From Enoplolaimus lenunculus (lineage: Eukaryota), in the NCBI GenBank assembly GCA_030248215.1, contig JASANG010003525.1:62001-126000 (forward strand): a stretch of DNA of 64,000 nt. Reading direction: 5' to 3'. The notes below the pieces were generated by a model. It was not told the DNA's origin, did not search any database, and saw only the letters and a program-made list of their open reading frames with translations. Of this stretch, positions 26,701 to 38,400 are shown one piece after another. Both the position numbers and the translations under genes were made by a program. Numbering within the stretch: the stretch's first letter is position 1; each line of letters begins with the position of its first letter.

Positions 26701-29700
26701 TGGGAACATACCGCGTAGCCTCCCCCATCACAAATTTCTGGACTCGCCACTGTGTAGATAAGACTTAAATTTCAAGATATTAATTTCAATACCGCACTTA
26801 CTTATTTGAAAAAAGTTAAATATATATATCCGGTATAAAATGACAGCGATTTTATTTCCGGCGGAAATTCATTACAGTTACGATTTGGGTGTCGAAGAAC
26901 GAACTGAAGTCAAACTGTACAAGACGGCACCACCGCCTGGACGCGACAGTGTTAGTTTATCGGGGCTCCAATCAGGGTCGTAGATCCCTGGAGGAATCGA
27001 GAAGAATTGTTTTCCTTCCAAAAATATTAAAGACAAATCACTTTTAACAGGTTTTAGAATAACTTTCTGGGCTTTGGAGATCAGGAAATGTTCTTGAGCA
27101 TGTGGGTATACCATCCCGAACTACAATCGTGGTTTTACATTCCTCGGCGGAAGGTGAGAGCCTTGTAGCCTTATTCAATAGGTTGGGTTCAAGCTATACA
27201 ATATTCGCTACGCTAACAGACAGGTATAGACAGGTATTAGGTTTAGGCTCAACTTAGGCTTCGTTACTTGATATCGTTGCGTACACATGTATAACAGTAG
27301 TGAAAAGTTTCGACAACCGGAATTGATATACTTAAGGGGGCCTTTAGGCGGTTAACAATATAATTTTTCAAAGTTGTACCTATTTATGGGAGTGGTCAAG
27401 CGTAGTCATGAGAAACTTAGATCTGTAAAAATTTTCAACATTCTACTGTTTTTGGACAAATAGCGGATTGACAGCGATGATGGAACAGATGCGAAAAGCC
27501 TGCATACTGTACCGACCCGGTTAAGATGAGTGACTGATACCCGTCGTATTTGAGTCACAACACTACCTTTCACCCGTGGCTGCAACATTTTACAACAGCT
27601 GAGTGCTGCCCGAGTAAACTAAATTTATAAATATCGATTTTTGGCCAATGTACCCAAGAGGTCCCTTCCAAAATCAGCAGATATTACCTGGAAAATTCGG
27701 AGTTTGGGAAATTGGGAAAATTTCTCTCGGAACCTGTTCTATGTATGGGCCGGATTTTGATGTTCGCGGACCCAGCTGTTTTTCTCACAGGGTCAGTATA
27801 CTAAAATATAAGACATAAGTAGCATCTGCCAATATAAAGTATAGGATACTTTTTACACAAACTGCACTATGCGCGAATCTAAATGCAGCACAATTGTAGC
27901 TGAATTTCCTGAAAAATGAGTTGCAAAAAATATACTTCTGATTCGAAAGTTGCAAGACCTATTAAACATTGAGTGTGTCTGTTCTTGAAAACATCATTTA
28001 AGATTGTGAATAATAGTGTATATATTTATATTTTTTGTCACATGAGTACAGTGCATTTAGTATTTCAAATGTAACCATTTTTATACATTTAGGTCCCGCC
28101 GGTGCTACCAAAACTGCAGGTGTTTCAAAAAGAAGGTTGCTATTTTGCACTGGACAATAATTGCCTCAAACTGTACCGCGCCCTTGAAAAACGGGGAGAT
28201 TTCAAGCAGGTGAAAAAAATAGTCATCAGATAATATGAATCATATAGACACAATGACTAATGTATAGAACATGGCCGTGACAATTGTATAAGCATATTTT
28301 ATAGCCTAAGTCTAAATCTAAGCGTAACTACGAGCTTATATCTAAGCCTAAGCCTATTTAAGCTAAAACCTAAAAAAAACGAATAATGTAAACAACGGGA
28401 CGGAACAGTATTATAAGCATATTCCTAAGCGTAAACCTAAGCCTAAGTGTAAGAATGAGCATATTCGTAAGCCTAAGCCTAAGTGTGAGAATGAGCGTAT
28501 TCCTAAGCCTAAGCCTAATCCAAAACCATGCAAAAAATAGTCTAAAGCTTAAGCTTACTCTATTGCAGTCTCACAGAAAAAGGTTCCGCCCCTGATCTTT
28601 TTATATGGATTCATTTAGAGTTTTCAAAAATATTGAAATTGTTCCTGCAAAGCTTAAAACAAAATCAAGGAGAATGTTTTTCTTTTCAAGGTTGAAGTTG
28701 AAATTGTGCCGAAAATGCGGATTCCGTCTGTTGTTTATGACCAAACCGGTTGCCGGGATGACGCATCAACGTCTGTTGGATGTAAGCTTTCACATTTGAC
28801 TTTGCGATATAATCAAAAGCGTCGTCGGTAACATCAAAAAGCTTAGAACAGGGTCGTAGCAGTAGTATGAGCATATTCCTAAGCCTAAAGTCCAGCAAAA
28901 AATTAGTTTAAATCTTAAGCTTACTTTATTGCAGTCCCGCAGAAAAACCGTTCCGCGCTTGGTCTTGTACATGGGCCAAAATACAATTTGGTATTTTGAA
29001 AAACCCGTCTGTATATAGTGATGCTAACGTTTTGATATGCACTAAAAAGCGTTTAGATAATAACGTTTTGCTATACAAGCGATTGGTTTGAGTCGAAAAC
29101 AATTACCATTTTTAAAAATGCAGTTTGAAGTGCGAAAAGCGTATAGCGATTTATTTTTGACACGATTGCTTACTAGAAGACTTAACGACTCAAATGATTT
29201 TTTATTCAATTCACAATTAATCAATAATTAATGTGGGCGATGCGTAGAACAAGGCCGGACCGTTATCCGGCGGGGCTGTAATAGAGTCAGTTTAAGCTTT
29301 ATACTAACTTTTCTGCATAGGCTTAGGTTTACGCTTAAGAATGGACTCATCCTTTTTGCTTAGGCTTAGGCATAGGAATATGCTTATACACTGTTCCGAC
29401 TCTGTTCTATACATGGGCCACTTCACCTAATTTCATGTCTGTCCACCAACGTTCGATAGCTGCAACGGAGCGTCTTCCAGTAGTGTGCATTTCCTTCTAC
29501 GCTTAGGCTTAGGCTTAGGTTTAGGTTTAGGTTTAGGCTAAGGCTTAGGCTTAGGCTTAGGAATATGCTTATACTGTGTTCCGACCCTGTTCTATACATG
29601 GGCCATTGACGCTACGCCTTAAGCTGTAGCTTTCTACAATTAAAACTGCACCAATGATCTATTTTCGATAGGTCACATTTCAATCAACCGTATTCTAAAT

Positions 29701-32401
29701 ATTGCAAATATACAATATAATCATCATTCTAAAACTCCGGAAGCGGAGAGAAATAATATGCACTGATTTATTCAGTCCTTTAGAACCGCCCGCCTTTTAA
29801 AGTTGCTTTATCAGTGTTTTTTTAATTTTGTCACCAGAGTTTCACCTTACCTGTACACTGTAACTTCCAATGAATTAATTAAAATCAACTCAGACGGAAA
29901 GTTAGTTTTATCTGAGTTAAACTTTATCTCACTCTGTGTTCAGTCGATTCTCACTCTGAGTCGAGCTTAAATCAGAATGTGTTGAATTAATTCAGAATTA
30001 TGAGTTCTGATACACTGCAAAAATGGTGAGTCAAATTGACTCTCTTCGAACTAGGCTCTACGAAATTACACACAATCTGAGTCAAATTCGATTCCTCCAG
30101 AGTCAAATGTGCGATTCAGTGAGTCGAATTTGACTCTGGCGGAGTCGAATTTGACTCAATTTGTGTAGTCCCGCAGAGCCCATTTTGGAAAGGCAGGATA
30201 GTCCTAACTCAGACTGTGTGATTCAATTCATTCTGAGTTAAAACCAATTCGCTCAAATTTACAGTGTAGGTAAAGTTTGGCCGGTTAGACAGTGTTTGAC
30301 GCGGATATGAATACATACTGGCGGATTAAAAATTACTAAATCGCAGTACACAATTTGTTAATTTTTACCCACCTAAAATGTTGACAGAGTTATTAATCGT
30401 TTAGCTAGGATAACCCCGGTACCATGTTGTTATTTGTAGACTGTAATCATCATCCGGGTGATTTGTGCGAACATACAAATCCTGACAGTGAAGGTATGTT
30501 AAAATTAAAATTGTAAGAAATCTAAAGGTATAGTCGGATCCGTAGCCAACGGGGAAGCAGAAAAAACGGCTCAGCCCCCCCCCCCTGAAAATCTTTACCC
30601 CTTGGAAGATTTTCAATCTTGCTTGTAAGTAAACGAAAACCTTTGTATGCCCATCCTGAAAATTTTTAGCCCACCCTAGCAAGATGAGTTATGGGTATAA
30701 CACAAGTTAGCGTAGCTCAATGATTGACGCTCGGCATTTCTACAAGTTAATAAAGTTGTCGGTTTGAATCTGCTACTGCATTCTGAACTGGTAATAAAAC
30801 GGGCAAAGGTGTCCTGCTGGTTCTGCCTTCACCCCAAAGCGTCAAAAAACAAGATCTGATATAGGAACAGCTATAGCTGAATATATATGCGTAAAAAAAT
30901 TAAATACAAAGTGTGTAAGTGTCAATCAAATTTTACAAAATCTATTCCATTTCGTATTCTGAGTTGCTTGCTTATCGTCTCGCCCAAATATGTGCTGTTA
31001 TATTTTGTAAATTTTGAACAAATTAATAAAAACATACATAAGTCTAAGCCTAAGCCTAAACTTAAGCCTAAAATGTCGCGCTTTTTTACGGTTTTTGTTC
31101 ATAAATGTTTCGGTCTTGGATTGTTTGAAAATCTATTGTTAACTGGTGGCAATATGTCACAGCTGGTGTTCATGAGTACAAACTAAATTTAAATGAATTT
31201 ATATTTTAAATTTAAATGAATTTATGTTTTAAATTTAAATGAATTTATATTTTAGATGCTGATTTAACTTGTCTTGCGTGTGGACAAGAATTCGCAGGGC
31301 TCAAAGAATTATTGAAACATCAACATGACAAAAAACATTTCGCATGCTGGTTATGTAGTTCGGTGAGTTCAAAGCAATTAAAAACTTTCGAAGTATTCAG
31401 AAGTCGCGGGATAGAAACTATTCAAATAACGGCCCATGATACTTTAAGGGCGTCCAGGTTACTGGTGGGTCTATAAAAGAGTAAGTTTAGATTCTAGACT
31501 ACATTTTTTGCTAAGGCTTAGGCTTAGGCTTAGCTTAGGACCTCCTTTTAGGAATACTTAGGCTTAGGCTTAGGCTTACGAATACGCTTAATCTACTGTT
31601 ACGCCCCTTAAAGTAACATTGGCCGAAAAAACTATAACGCATGCTATATGCTATTTTAGTCTCAAATTTGGGCCCATGTAGAGATCAGTGGCGGAGCGTT
31701 TTCTACATAGAAGTGCAATAGAGTAAGCTTAAGCTTTAGGCAAATTTTTATGCTTAGGCTTTGGCTTAGGTATATGTTCATTTATACGCTTAGGCTTAGG
31801 CTTTAACTAGAGCTTTTGTACTAGTATTTTCAATATCGTTTTTAAATCCGTCGCTACTACCGTTGAAATGTCGAAGATTTCAACGATTTGTTAAACGATG
31901 CAATTGAAGTGTAAAAGTAAACTTGAATTTGGCATATGATAGTTAAAAGAGCCAGCCCATTAAACCAAAACCTAAACCTAAGGCTAAACTTAAACCAATT
32001 CGTAAGCCTAAGCCTAATCTTAAACTTAAGTCTAATCCTTACCGTAATCCTAAACTTAAGTCTAATCCTAAGCCGAATCCTAAACGTAAATCAAATGTTA
32101 AGCCTAATCCTAAACATATGTCTAATGCTAATCCGGAGGCTTAAACCTCCCGGTCTGCAGTCCCCTATTGTGCTTGTCTCTTTATAGTGGACAGATTTAA
32201 CCTGGGCTCAGAATTTTGTCAATTTCGACAATCACCCTTTGTACTTTTCTATTTTAATTTCAGGTATTTTCAAGCAACAAACAACTCAAAGCTCACAAAG
32301 AACTAACTGGTCACTATAGCGATGAAGATGACGATTCATTAGGAGTTATTGACGACTATCACGCCGAACCGGATACAAAGAATATATCGCAATTAGACTG
32401 A
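23769..32401 (+). CDS. 3' part of a multi-exon gene encoding an uncharacterised protein with two C-terminal C2H2 (HX5H) zinc fingers
   Basis: Phase-consistent GT-AG exons 23769-23842, 26878-26950, 27058-27153, 27464-27519, 28093-28135, 28691-28781, 31256-31362, 32264-32401(TGA). The last two exons encode CLACGQEFAGLKELLKHQHDKKH-FA-CWLCSS|VFSSNKQLKAHKELTGH and an acidic tail. They are strongly supported; the upstream chain is less certain. Confidence 0.65.
23880..24088. mobile_element. GGCC-ended (TTAGGC)n MITE
   Basis: TIR ggcccatgtaaacatcaggggcg...cgcccctgttctttagattagcc; perfect TSD gaaacttc. Confidence 0.85.
24800..24868 (-). pseudogene. tRNA-like / SINE head remnant
   Basis: Minus strand reads TAGCGTAGTGG (A box) ... 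acctcgattcccgg (degenerate B box). Confidence 0.4.
25439..26367. mobile_element. Cluster of three CACTG-ended MITE family B copies (25439-25689, 25709-25961, 26113-26367); others ~198-525, 29856-30266, 32700-32790
   Basis: TIR cactgtaaatt(t)ca(a/g)tgagtt; interior built of aactca/tgagtt motifs; 2-bp TSDs. Confidence 0.85.
26493..26706. mobile_element. GGCC-ended (TTAGGC)n MITE with long hexamer run
   Basis: Same TIRs; TSD acatatcg/acataccg; about 7 consecutive TTAGGC units. Confidence 0.8.
30705..30850 (+). mobile_element. tRNA-derived SINE-like remnant
   Basis: A-box-like tagctcaatga and B-box-like ggtttgaatct with tRNA-like spacing; no clean cloverleaf. Confidence 0.45.
31256..31362 (+). 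CDS. Zinc-finger exon (finger 1 and start of finger 2)
   Basis: ttttag|ATGCTG ... AGTTCG|gtgagt; ADLTCLACGQEFAGLKELLKHQHDKKHFACWLCSS. Confidence 0.85.
31431..31624. mobile_element. GGCC-ended (TTAGGC)n MITE in zinc-finger gene intron
   Basis: ggcccatgatactttaaggg...cccttaaagtaacattggcc; a second truncated copy follows at 31671-31805. Confidence 0.8.
31965..32145. repeat. Degenerate hexamer array (CTAAAC/CTAATC/CTTAAG)
   Basis: 6-bp periodicity; produces the spurious LNLSL ORF 31936-32187. Confidence 0.75.
32264..32401 (+). CDS. Terminal exon of zinc-finger gene
   Basis: taatttcag|GTATTT; VFSSNKQLKAHKELTGHYSDEDDDSLGVIDDYHAEPDTKNISQLD*, which completes finger 2 in frame. Confidence 0.85.
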   Translation, partial: VFSSNKQLKAHKELTGHYSDEDDDSLGVIDDYHAEPDTKNISQLD

Positions 32402-33580
32402 ACTGCTACCGTAACCTGAATTGTAAATAGTATTTTTAAACTCATTCAACCGTCGATACCATTTTATAATCGGAAGTAGGCATCGTCTAGTGATATCAAG
32501 AGTGCATGGATACAAGACGGTGCAACACTTTAGGGTTGCACTATACTCGCCGCGCGCCGCCGGACGCCGTTACGAGCCGCCGCACGCCACCGCACGACAT
32601 AAAGTGTCATGGCTCGCACAGGTTGTATCCCCTCTAAATAAGGGGGTAGGCCAAAAACTCAACGAGTGCTGGGTACAGTCTATCCTTACACTGAATGTAC
32701 ACTGTAAATTTCAGTGAGTTGAATTTAATGTACCCAGTTGTATCACTCACCAAGAGTCAACTCACTCAGAGTAAGAATCACTCGACTCAGTCCGAGGCAT
32801 CATCCACTCGTGGTGATGTCTATTGCAGCGCGTGGTTGATATATCCGATCTATGAAGTAGGCGCAGCGTAAAATGTACATTTTTCCGCTAACGACAAACT
32901 TTTTTTGGTCGAGTTCAAACAGTTTTCATGCGCTCGGATTAATTTTCAAATATATAGAAAACATGGCAATGTATAGAACAGGGCCGCAACAGTAGCATAA
33001 GCATATTCCTAAGCCTAAGCCTAAGTCTGAGCCAAAGCCTAAGCCTAAGTCTGAGCCAAAGCCTAAGCCTAAGAATGAGCCTGTTTCTAAGCCTAAGCCT
33101 AAGCAAAAAAGTTAGTCTAAAGCTTAAACTGACTCTATTACAGTCCCGCCGGAAAACGATCCGGCCCTGTTCTATACACATGATATTATTTTCGGAAGAT
33201 AACTACTGTCGGGTGTTGCAGATATTTTGGAGCTGGTTTGTTCAAGGGCGTCCAGCGAATAAATGCTTGTCAGACAAAGCAGACGGGCATAGCTAGTCGT
33301 TCATTTTATGGTACCGTCATAAAACCATTTATCCGGTTTTTCATATCGAGCGAAGTGACGAAAGAACTGCTTGCTACTATAATCCAACAGGGTATTATAA
33401 ATCCAGTAAAGGTGCATTTTGCTCCGTGTCTCCAGAAATTTCGGCGTGGAATATTTCCTGTAAATTCGATTTTTATGGCAGAAACCAAATTCCATATACT
33501 GTCGAGTCTATCTCATACTTCAAAGACACCGGTACCAGGACGACTTGTTCAATAGGTTACTGGTGCAACAAAGTATGATA

Positions 33581-34017
33581 CTGTATTGACCCGAATAAGA
33601 GGAGGATGGGTAATAAAAGGGGGTCCTCATTTTGAGTCCGAATCAATTGGAGTCCGTATCTTTAATAAGAGTCCGTAAGCGGATAGAGTCCCTAAACCCC
33701 AATTAGAGTCCATAAATGTCAATTAACCCTAATTGTAGCGCATAAATGACTCCAGGACCAACTAATTTGAGTTTGAAACTTTAAAGCGTACTTAAATTTT
33801 GAAAGTATAAACCTTATATTATCGCTCAAGCTACTGACACAAGACAAATAAACGTTTAATTCAACGGATAATTGCAGTACCGGATATATATCAGTAACGA
33901 AGGACGGCGGAGCGTGGGTTAAAAACAAATAACAGTCCGTAACCGAATAACAAGGGGGTTACCCTCTGCAAAGGCCAAATAAATATCAGTCTCCCCCTCT
34001 TATTCGGGTCCCTACAG
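33581..34017. mobile_element. ~430-bp TA-flanked MITE (possibly Tc1/mariner-type); copies 1081-1514, 11498-11928, 55797-56239, 63332-63729, partial ~1990-2119
   Basis: TIR ctgta(g/t)tgacccgaataagagg; flanked by TA on both sides; conserved interior across five copies. Confidence 0.85.
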
Positions 34018-34073
34018 TATGTGCGAAAAATGTGAACTGCGTGGCCCCAAATAAGATTTAGGTTAAACATTTG

Positions 34074-34216
34074 GGCCCATGTAAAGGTTAGGGGCGGTAC
34101 GTTTCTCTGTGGGACTGCAATAGAGTAAACTTAAGCTTTAGACCATTTTTTGCTTGGCGGCTTAGGCTTAGGAATATGCTTATAATACTGTTCCGCCCCT
34201 GTTCTTTACATTGGCC
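34074..34216. mobile_element. GGCC-ended MITE, short internal-deletion variant
   Basis: Both TIRs intact; TSD aacatttg/agcatttg. Confidence 0.8.
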
Positions 34217-35310
34217 AGCATTTGTTAATTCCATGATGCCGGCTGTTGAGAGGAATGGCGTGATAGCAGCTAAATTCACTAATGAACAAGAATTAAGAAC
34301 ATTTACTACGAACAAGCAATTTTACTTGCATATGTACACGTACTCAGTATAGCATCTATTTCCAGTCAGCGATAAACCGAAAATAAGTATATAGCTTACA
34401 CTCGCCCTGAACTGAAAACAGTGTTAGTTTAAAATAAACGTAAAATTCTAGTTTAGCTATGCCGTTCATGCCATTTAAGTTTTACTTAAACTCATATTCA
34501 AGTACAGTTAAGCTGTTTTTGAAACAACCTACAAAACGACTGAACAGCTGAACTGTGTAACAGGAACCATAGTAAAACTCTGCTGCAATATAGATTTCCT
34601 TCTGTAAGAATTGCAGCCAAACTTCAAAACCTTTTAAACTTGGTTCGTATTCTGAAAGCACCAGTTTAGCGATAGGTTTATACTTCAAAACCAAAGCAGA
34701 CTCGTAGCCAGTTCATTTTGCTAGGTTGCCTAAAAAGATTCCAGGTGGCGCATACAAGGGTTTTCGATGACTTACTAGCATGGTTGAATATTTTGTAAAT
34801 ACGACAAAATTCTTCAAGGGGGTCTGAGCCCCCCGTCCCCTGGGTAAGCGGTGTGAACCGAAGACCAAACTTTGTTGCAAAATGTTATGTTTTTGTATGA
34901 ACACGATTGCCACCAACTTTATAAAATTCCATGAAAACAAACCGGTAACTGTTGATTAATAAGTACTTGTTTCCTTCCCCCACTCAAATAACGAACCTGA
35001 GCCTAAGCTTGAAGTTAAGCCAAAACCTAAAAACCTGAGCCTTAACTTATTAAGCGTAAGCCTACGCCCTAGCCTATGCCTACGCAAGTGATAGTGTAAT
35101 ATATACACGTTGTAGGGGGAACCTTTCGACTACTAAAATTAACATTAGTCTGGTGGAAAGTAGGTAAACTAGTAAACAAGTACCGACTATGTTAACACAT
35201 CCGTTTGGAGAATACTTGAAACTGCTTTTCAAACTTTTAAAATCGTTCTCGTCCAACATATGCCCCATTATAATTTTAAAATTGAAAAGTATTAAAATAT
35301 TAATTTACAA

Positions 35311-35442
35311 TTAATGTATCATAATTTGATCTTCATAAAACGCGATAAGGCACAAAATGCCGGCACCAACAATAAGTCCACCGTTCGATAAAAAGAATCC
35401 AGTATACGTACGTTCTGGTTGAACTTCACGTAACTCGTTTAA
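35311..35442 (-). CDS. ZIP exon 9 (TM8, stop)
   Basis: tttttgcag|TTAAAC ... [43 protein letters not shown]. Confidence 0.92.
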   Translation of the reverse strand, partial: LNELREVQPERTYTGFFLSNGGLIVGAGILCLIAFYEDQIMIH

Positions 35443-38400
35443 CTGCAAAAAAAGCTTTCGTTCGCTTTAGGAACGTAAATTTAGGACCCATATTCTCAAA
35501 TGCGTATAGCACTTATGTCATCAGTTAGCGTTCGGTTTTCAAACTGACGAACATCTGCAATTGCAGATCTCAAAATTGGCACAAAAGTAAGACAAATCAA
35601 ACGCGAACAATGTGCTGAATTTCGAACCTGATTATGGCGCTGATACCAAGGTTACAGGACCTATCACAAACTGATGCCTAGGTGCAATACACATTTGAGA
35701 ATACGGGCTGAGAACGTAGCTGAATCTAAGACTATTTTGAACTCTTGTACCAGTGTGAGACTTTACCCGCTGGAACGAGCGGGAAAACGAGAGTCTGAGT
35801 AAAGAATTTCAAGTCGCGGGTGTACTCGCGGGTAAAGATTTGTATAACGCGGGTAAAAAATTCACAGTTGTTACCGAGACATACTTTTTAAGGTTTAAGG
35901 TGCAAAATATTCGCTATTGTCTGTGTTAACTTCTGGTCAGTTGCTGTTCGGTGCTTTATTTAGTTGGATTTAAAATTTTGTTGTTACTAGTAAAGTTTCC
36001 TGTGCAAAAATATATAAAAGCTATAAATGCAAAACTTCATTAAAGACCAAATCACCAGCGATCTTAATAATACTGGTTTAGCTTCTGGCGCGGGTGAAAC
36101 TTGGGTCTCGGTAGATTTTTTGCGTGGATATACTCGGGCGTAACAAATTTTTCTCTGTGTGGGTAAAGCGCGGGTCGGGTAGAAAATCCTTACCCACATT
36201 CCAGTGTGTGTTGCATCCTTGGTTTGCTTCTAAGCTTAGGCTTGAGAAAATGCTAGCGGTATCAAGGAATACAGCTTTGCTGTCTTTAGCTAATCTTTAC
36301 CCTCAAACGTGGAACAGTGTACAAGAGCCATATTTTGGGTGCAAAAAATACAAAAAACAGCAGCATTTATTAAGTAGAAAACCGTTTAACTAGTAAAGAT
36401 GACATAGCTAATAATGGAAGACTATTTTGCCCAGCCAAATTTGTGCATTGAAATAACCAAGCGGCATTTAAAGCTTACAAAGACGAGAAAATATGAAAAT
36501 AAATAAAGCCCCATTCACACGTGCAAACTTTTGCTGCGAGAACTCGCAGCTGCAACTTGCACGAAATACTTGCAGCTGCAAGGGTTTTAAAAGGAACATC
36601 CCGATTGACCAATCAAAGTACAGGTGCAAGAAATTCAAGCGACTAGGAACTGCGTTCACAGGTGCAAATTAAATTAAAATAGCATAAATTCCAGGGAATA
36701 ATTTGCAGCTGCACGAACTTCAAAGTTGCTTTATGACCAAACTTGCACATGCAAATTTCACGTTGAAATTTTTGCTGCAAAAACTTGCACGTTTGAATAG
36801 GACTTAACATAGCTGCCTACAACTGGGTTTTAAACCCATTCTTGCACAATGCATCATGAGTATTAATATAATACAAAGTAGGTATTCGAAATTTATACAT
36901 AATATGGTGAACAGAACAAGCTTAAGCTTTAGACTATTTTTTGCTTGGCTTTAGGCCTAGGCTTAGGAATATACATATTCTTACGATTAGGCTTAGGCTT
37001 AGGATTAAGCTTTTATAATATTGTTCCGCCCCTGTTCTTTACATTTTCCCGATTTCTGAACTACTACTGGCTATTAGCTATTGACGTCATTTTCTATAAA
37101 GTAGACCACTTTTCATTAAATTCCTAAGGGGTCCACAATCCGTACGCCTCGCCTTACACTTACCATGGCAACCAATGAAATATAAATAAACGTTCCGAGA
37201 ACAAGGGCAAAAATCCACGGAAGCACTCCACAAAGAGATGATAGTCCAATCGCAATATAGAGTCCAATGATTGCTGGAACAGCTGAGAGTCCATTCAGAA
37301 GCAGGGCTTTTTTGACCGATAGTCCAGTGTTTAGTAAAACGGCGAAATCTCCTGAAATAAAACCCGCCTACAAATGTAATTCACATCTCATCACAACAGT
37401 TAATCGGGGACGCGTTCGAGGAAAGATTACGTGATTTTGCCTGGGTTTCTGAAACCTTGAGTCATGCGTAGGTGGACTGATATATATACCTCAAATTTTG
37501 AGGATGATTTGTTTTGTGAATTCTGTGGTTTGGTGTTCTGTTAGTAAACTTAGTTTTCTTGCACTCATCCTTCAAGAACACAACAGTGTTTTGTGGCGAT
37601 CAGGGTTTTTTTCGTTTACTATACGCGGCATCAACGTTTGTTTGTTTTTTGTCCTGAGTTATGGCCGAGTTTTCCGACATGATCAAGCTGTTCCAGCAAC
37701 AAATGGCGGCGCAGCAGGAACAACATAAGCAACAGATGGATGTTTTGCAGGAGCAAAACAAGCGACTGCTACAATCGCTCCGGCTCCCCAGCAGTACGAC
37801 GGGTCATGTGTCGATTCCTAGCTTTTCTCCATTCGATTCGACGACAGAATTATGGACCGACTACTGGGCCGGATTCAACACATTTGTCGGCGCACATTCG
37901 ATCCTAATCGACCGGCAAGCCCAAGTGTTTCTCACGAATCAAACCGCGACGATTTACAAGACACTGGGCAATCTTGCAGTTCAGCAAACCCCGGTCAAAG
38001 ACATCAACGACCTCACAATCGCCGAAATCGCTGATTTTATGCGGGATCAATTCGACCCCAAGCGGTACGTGGTTCGAGAGCGGTTCAAGTTCTGGTCAGA
38101 TATGCAGCGAAAACCAGGCGAGACGATACAAGAATTGGCCGCACGAATTCGACAAGACGCCGTCACGTGCGATTTTCCGTCGATCAAGGATCCGCAAGAC
38201 GAGGCCCTACGAACCCGGTTCATTTGCTCGGTCGGGAACGAAGCGGTCCTCAAAGCCCTGTTCAAGGTCCCTGACGATACGCTGACGTTTTCGAAAACGA
38301 TTTCAATCGCACTCGAAACCGAAGACGCTGCGCGGGTGGCAAAAGAAACAGTGTACGGCACGCGACCCCAACCGATTCATGCGATCGACAAGGCTAAGTC

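Noticed and set aside
30705..30785. Functional tRNA gene (also 24800-24868)
   Set aside because: Boxes are degenerate and the stems do not pair into a cloverleaf; treated as SINE-like remnants.
32939..33296. LRLRL/LSLSL/LGLGL repeat proteins (also 4252, 6618, 7175, 31936, 36945)
   Set aside because: These are translations of TTAGGC hexamer runs within repeats.
32401..35311. Functional link between the zinc-finger gene and the zinc transporter
   Set aside because: Only tail-to-tail adjacency; no sequence evidence of co-regulation or overlap.
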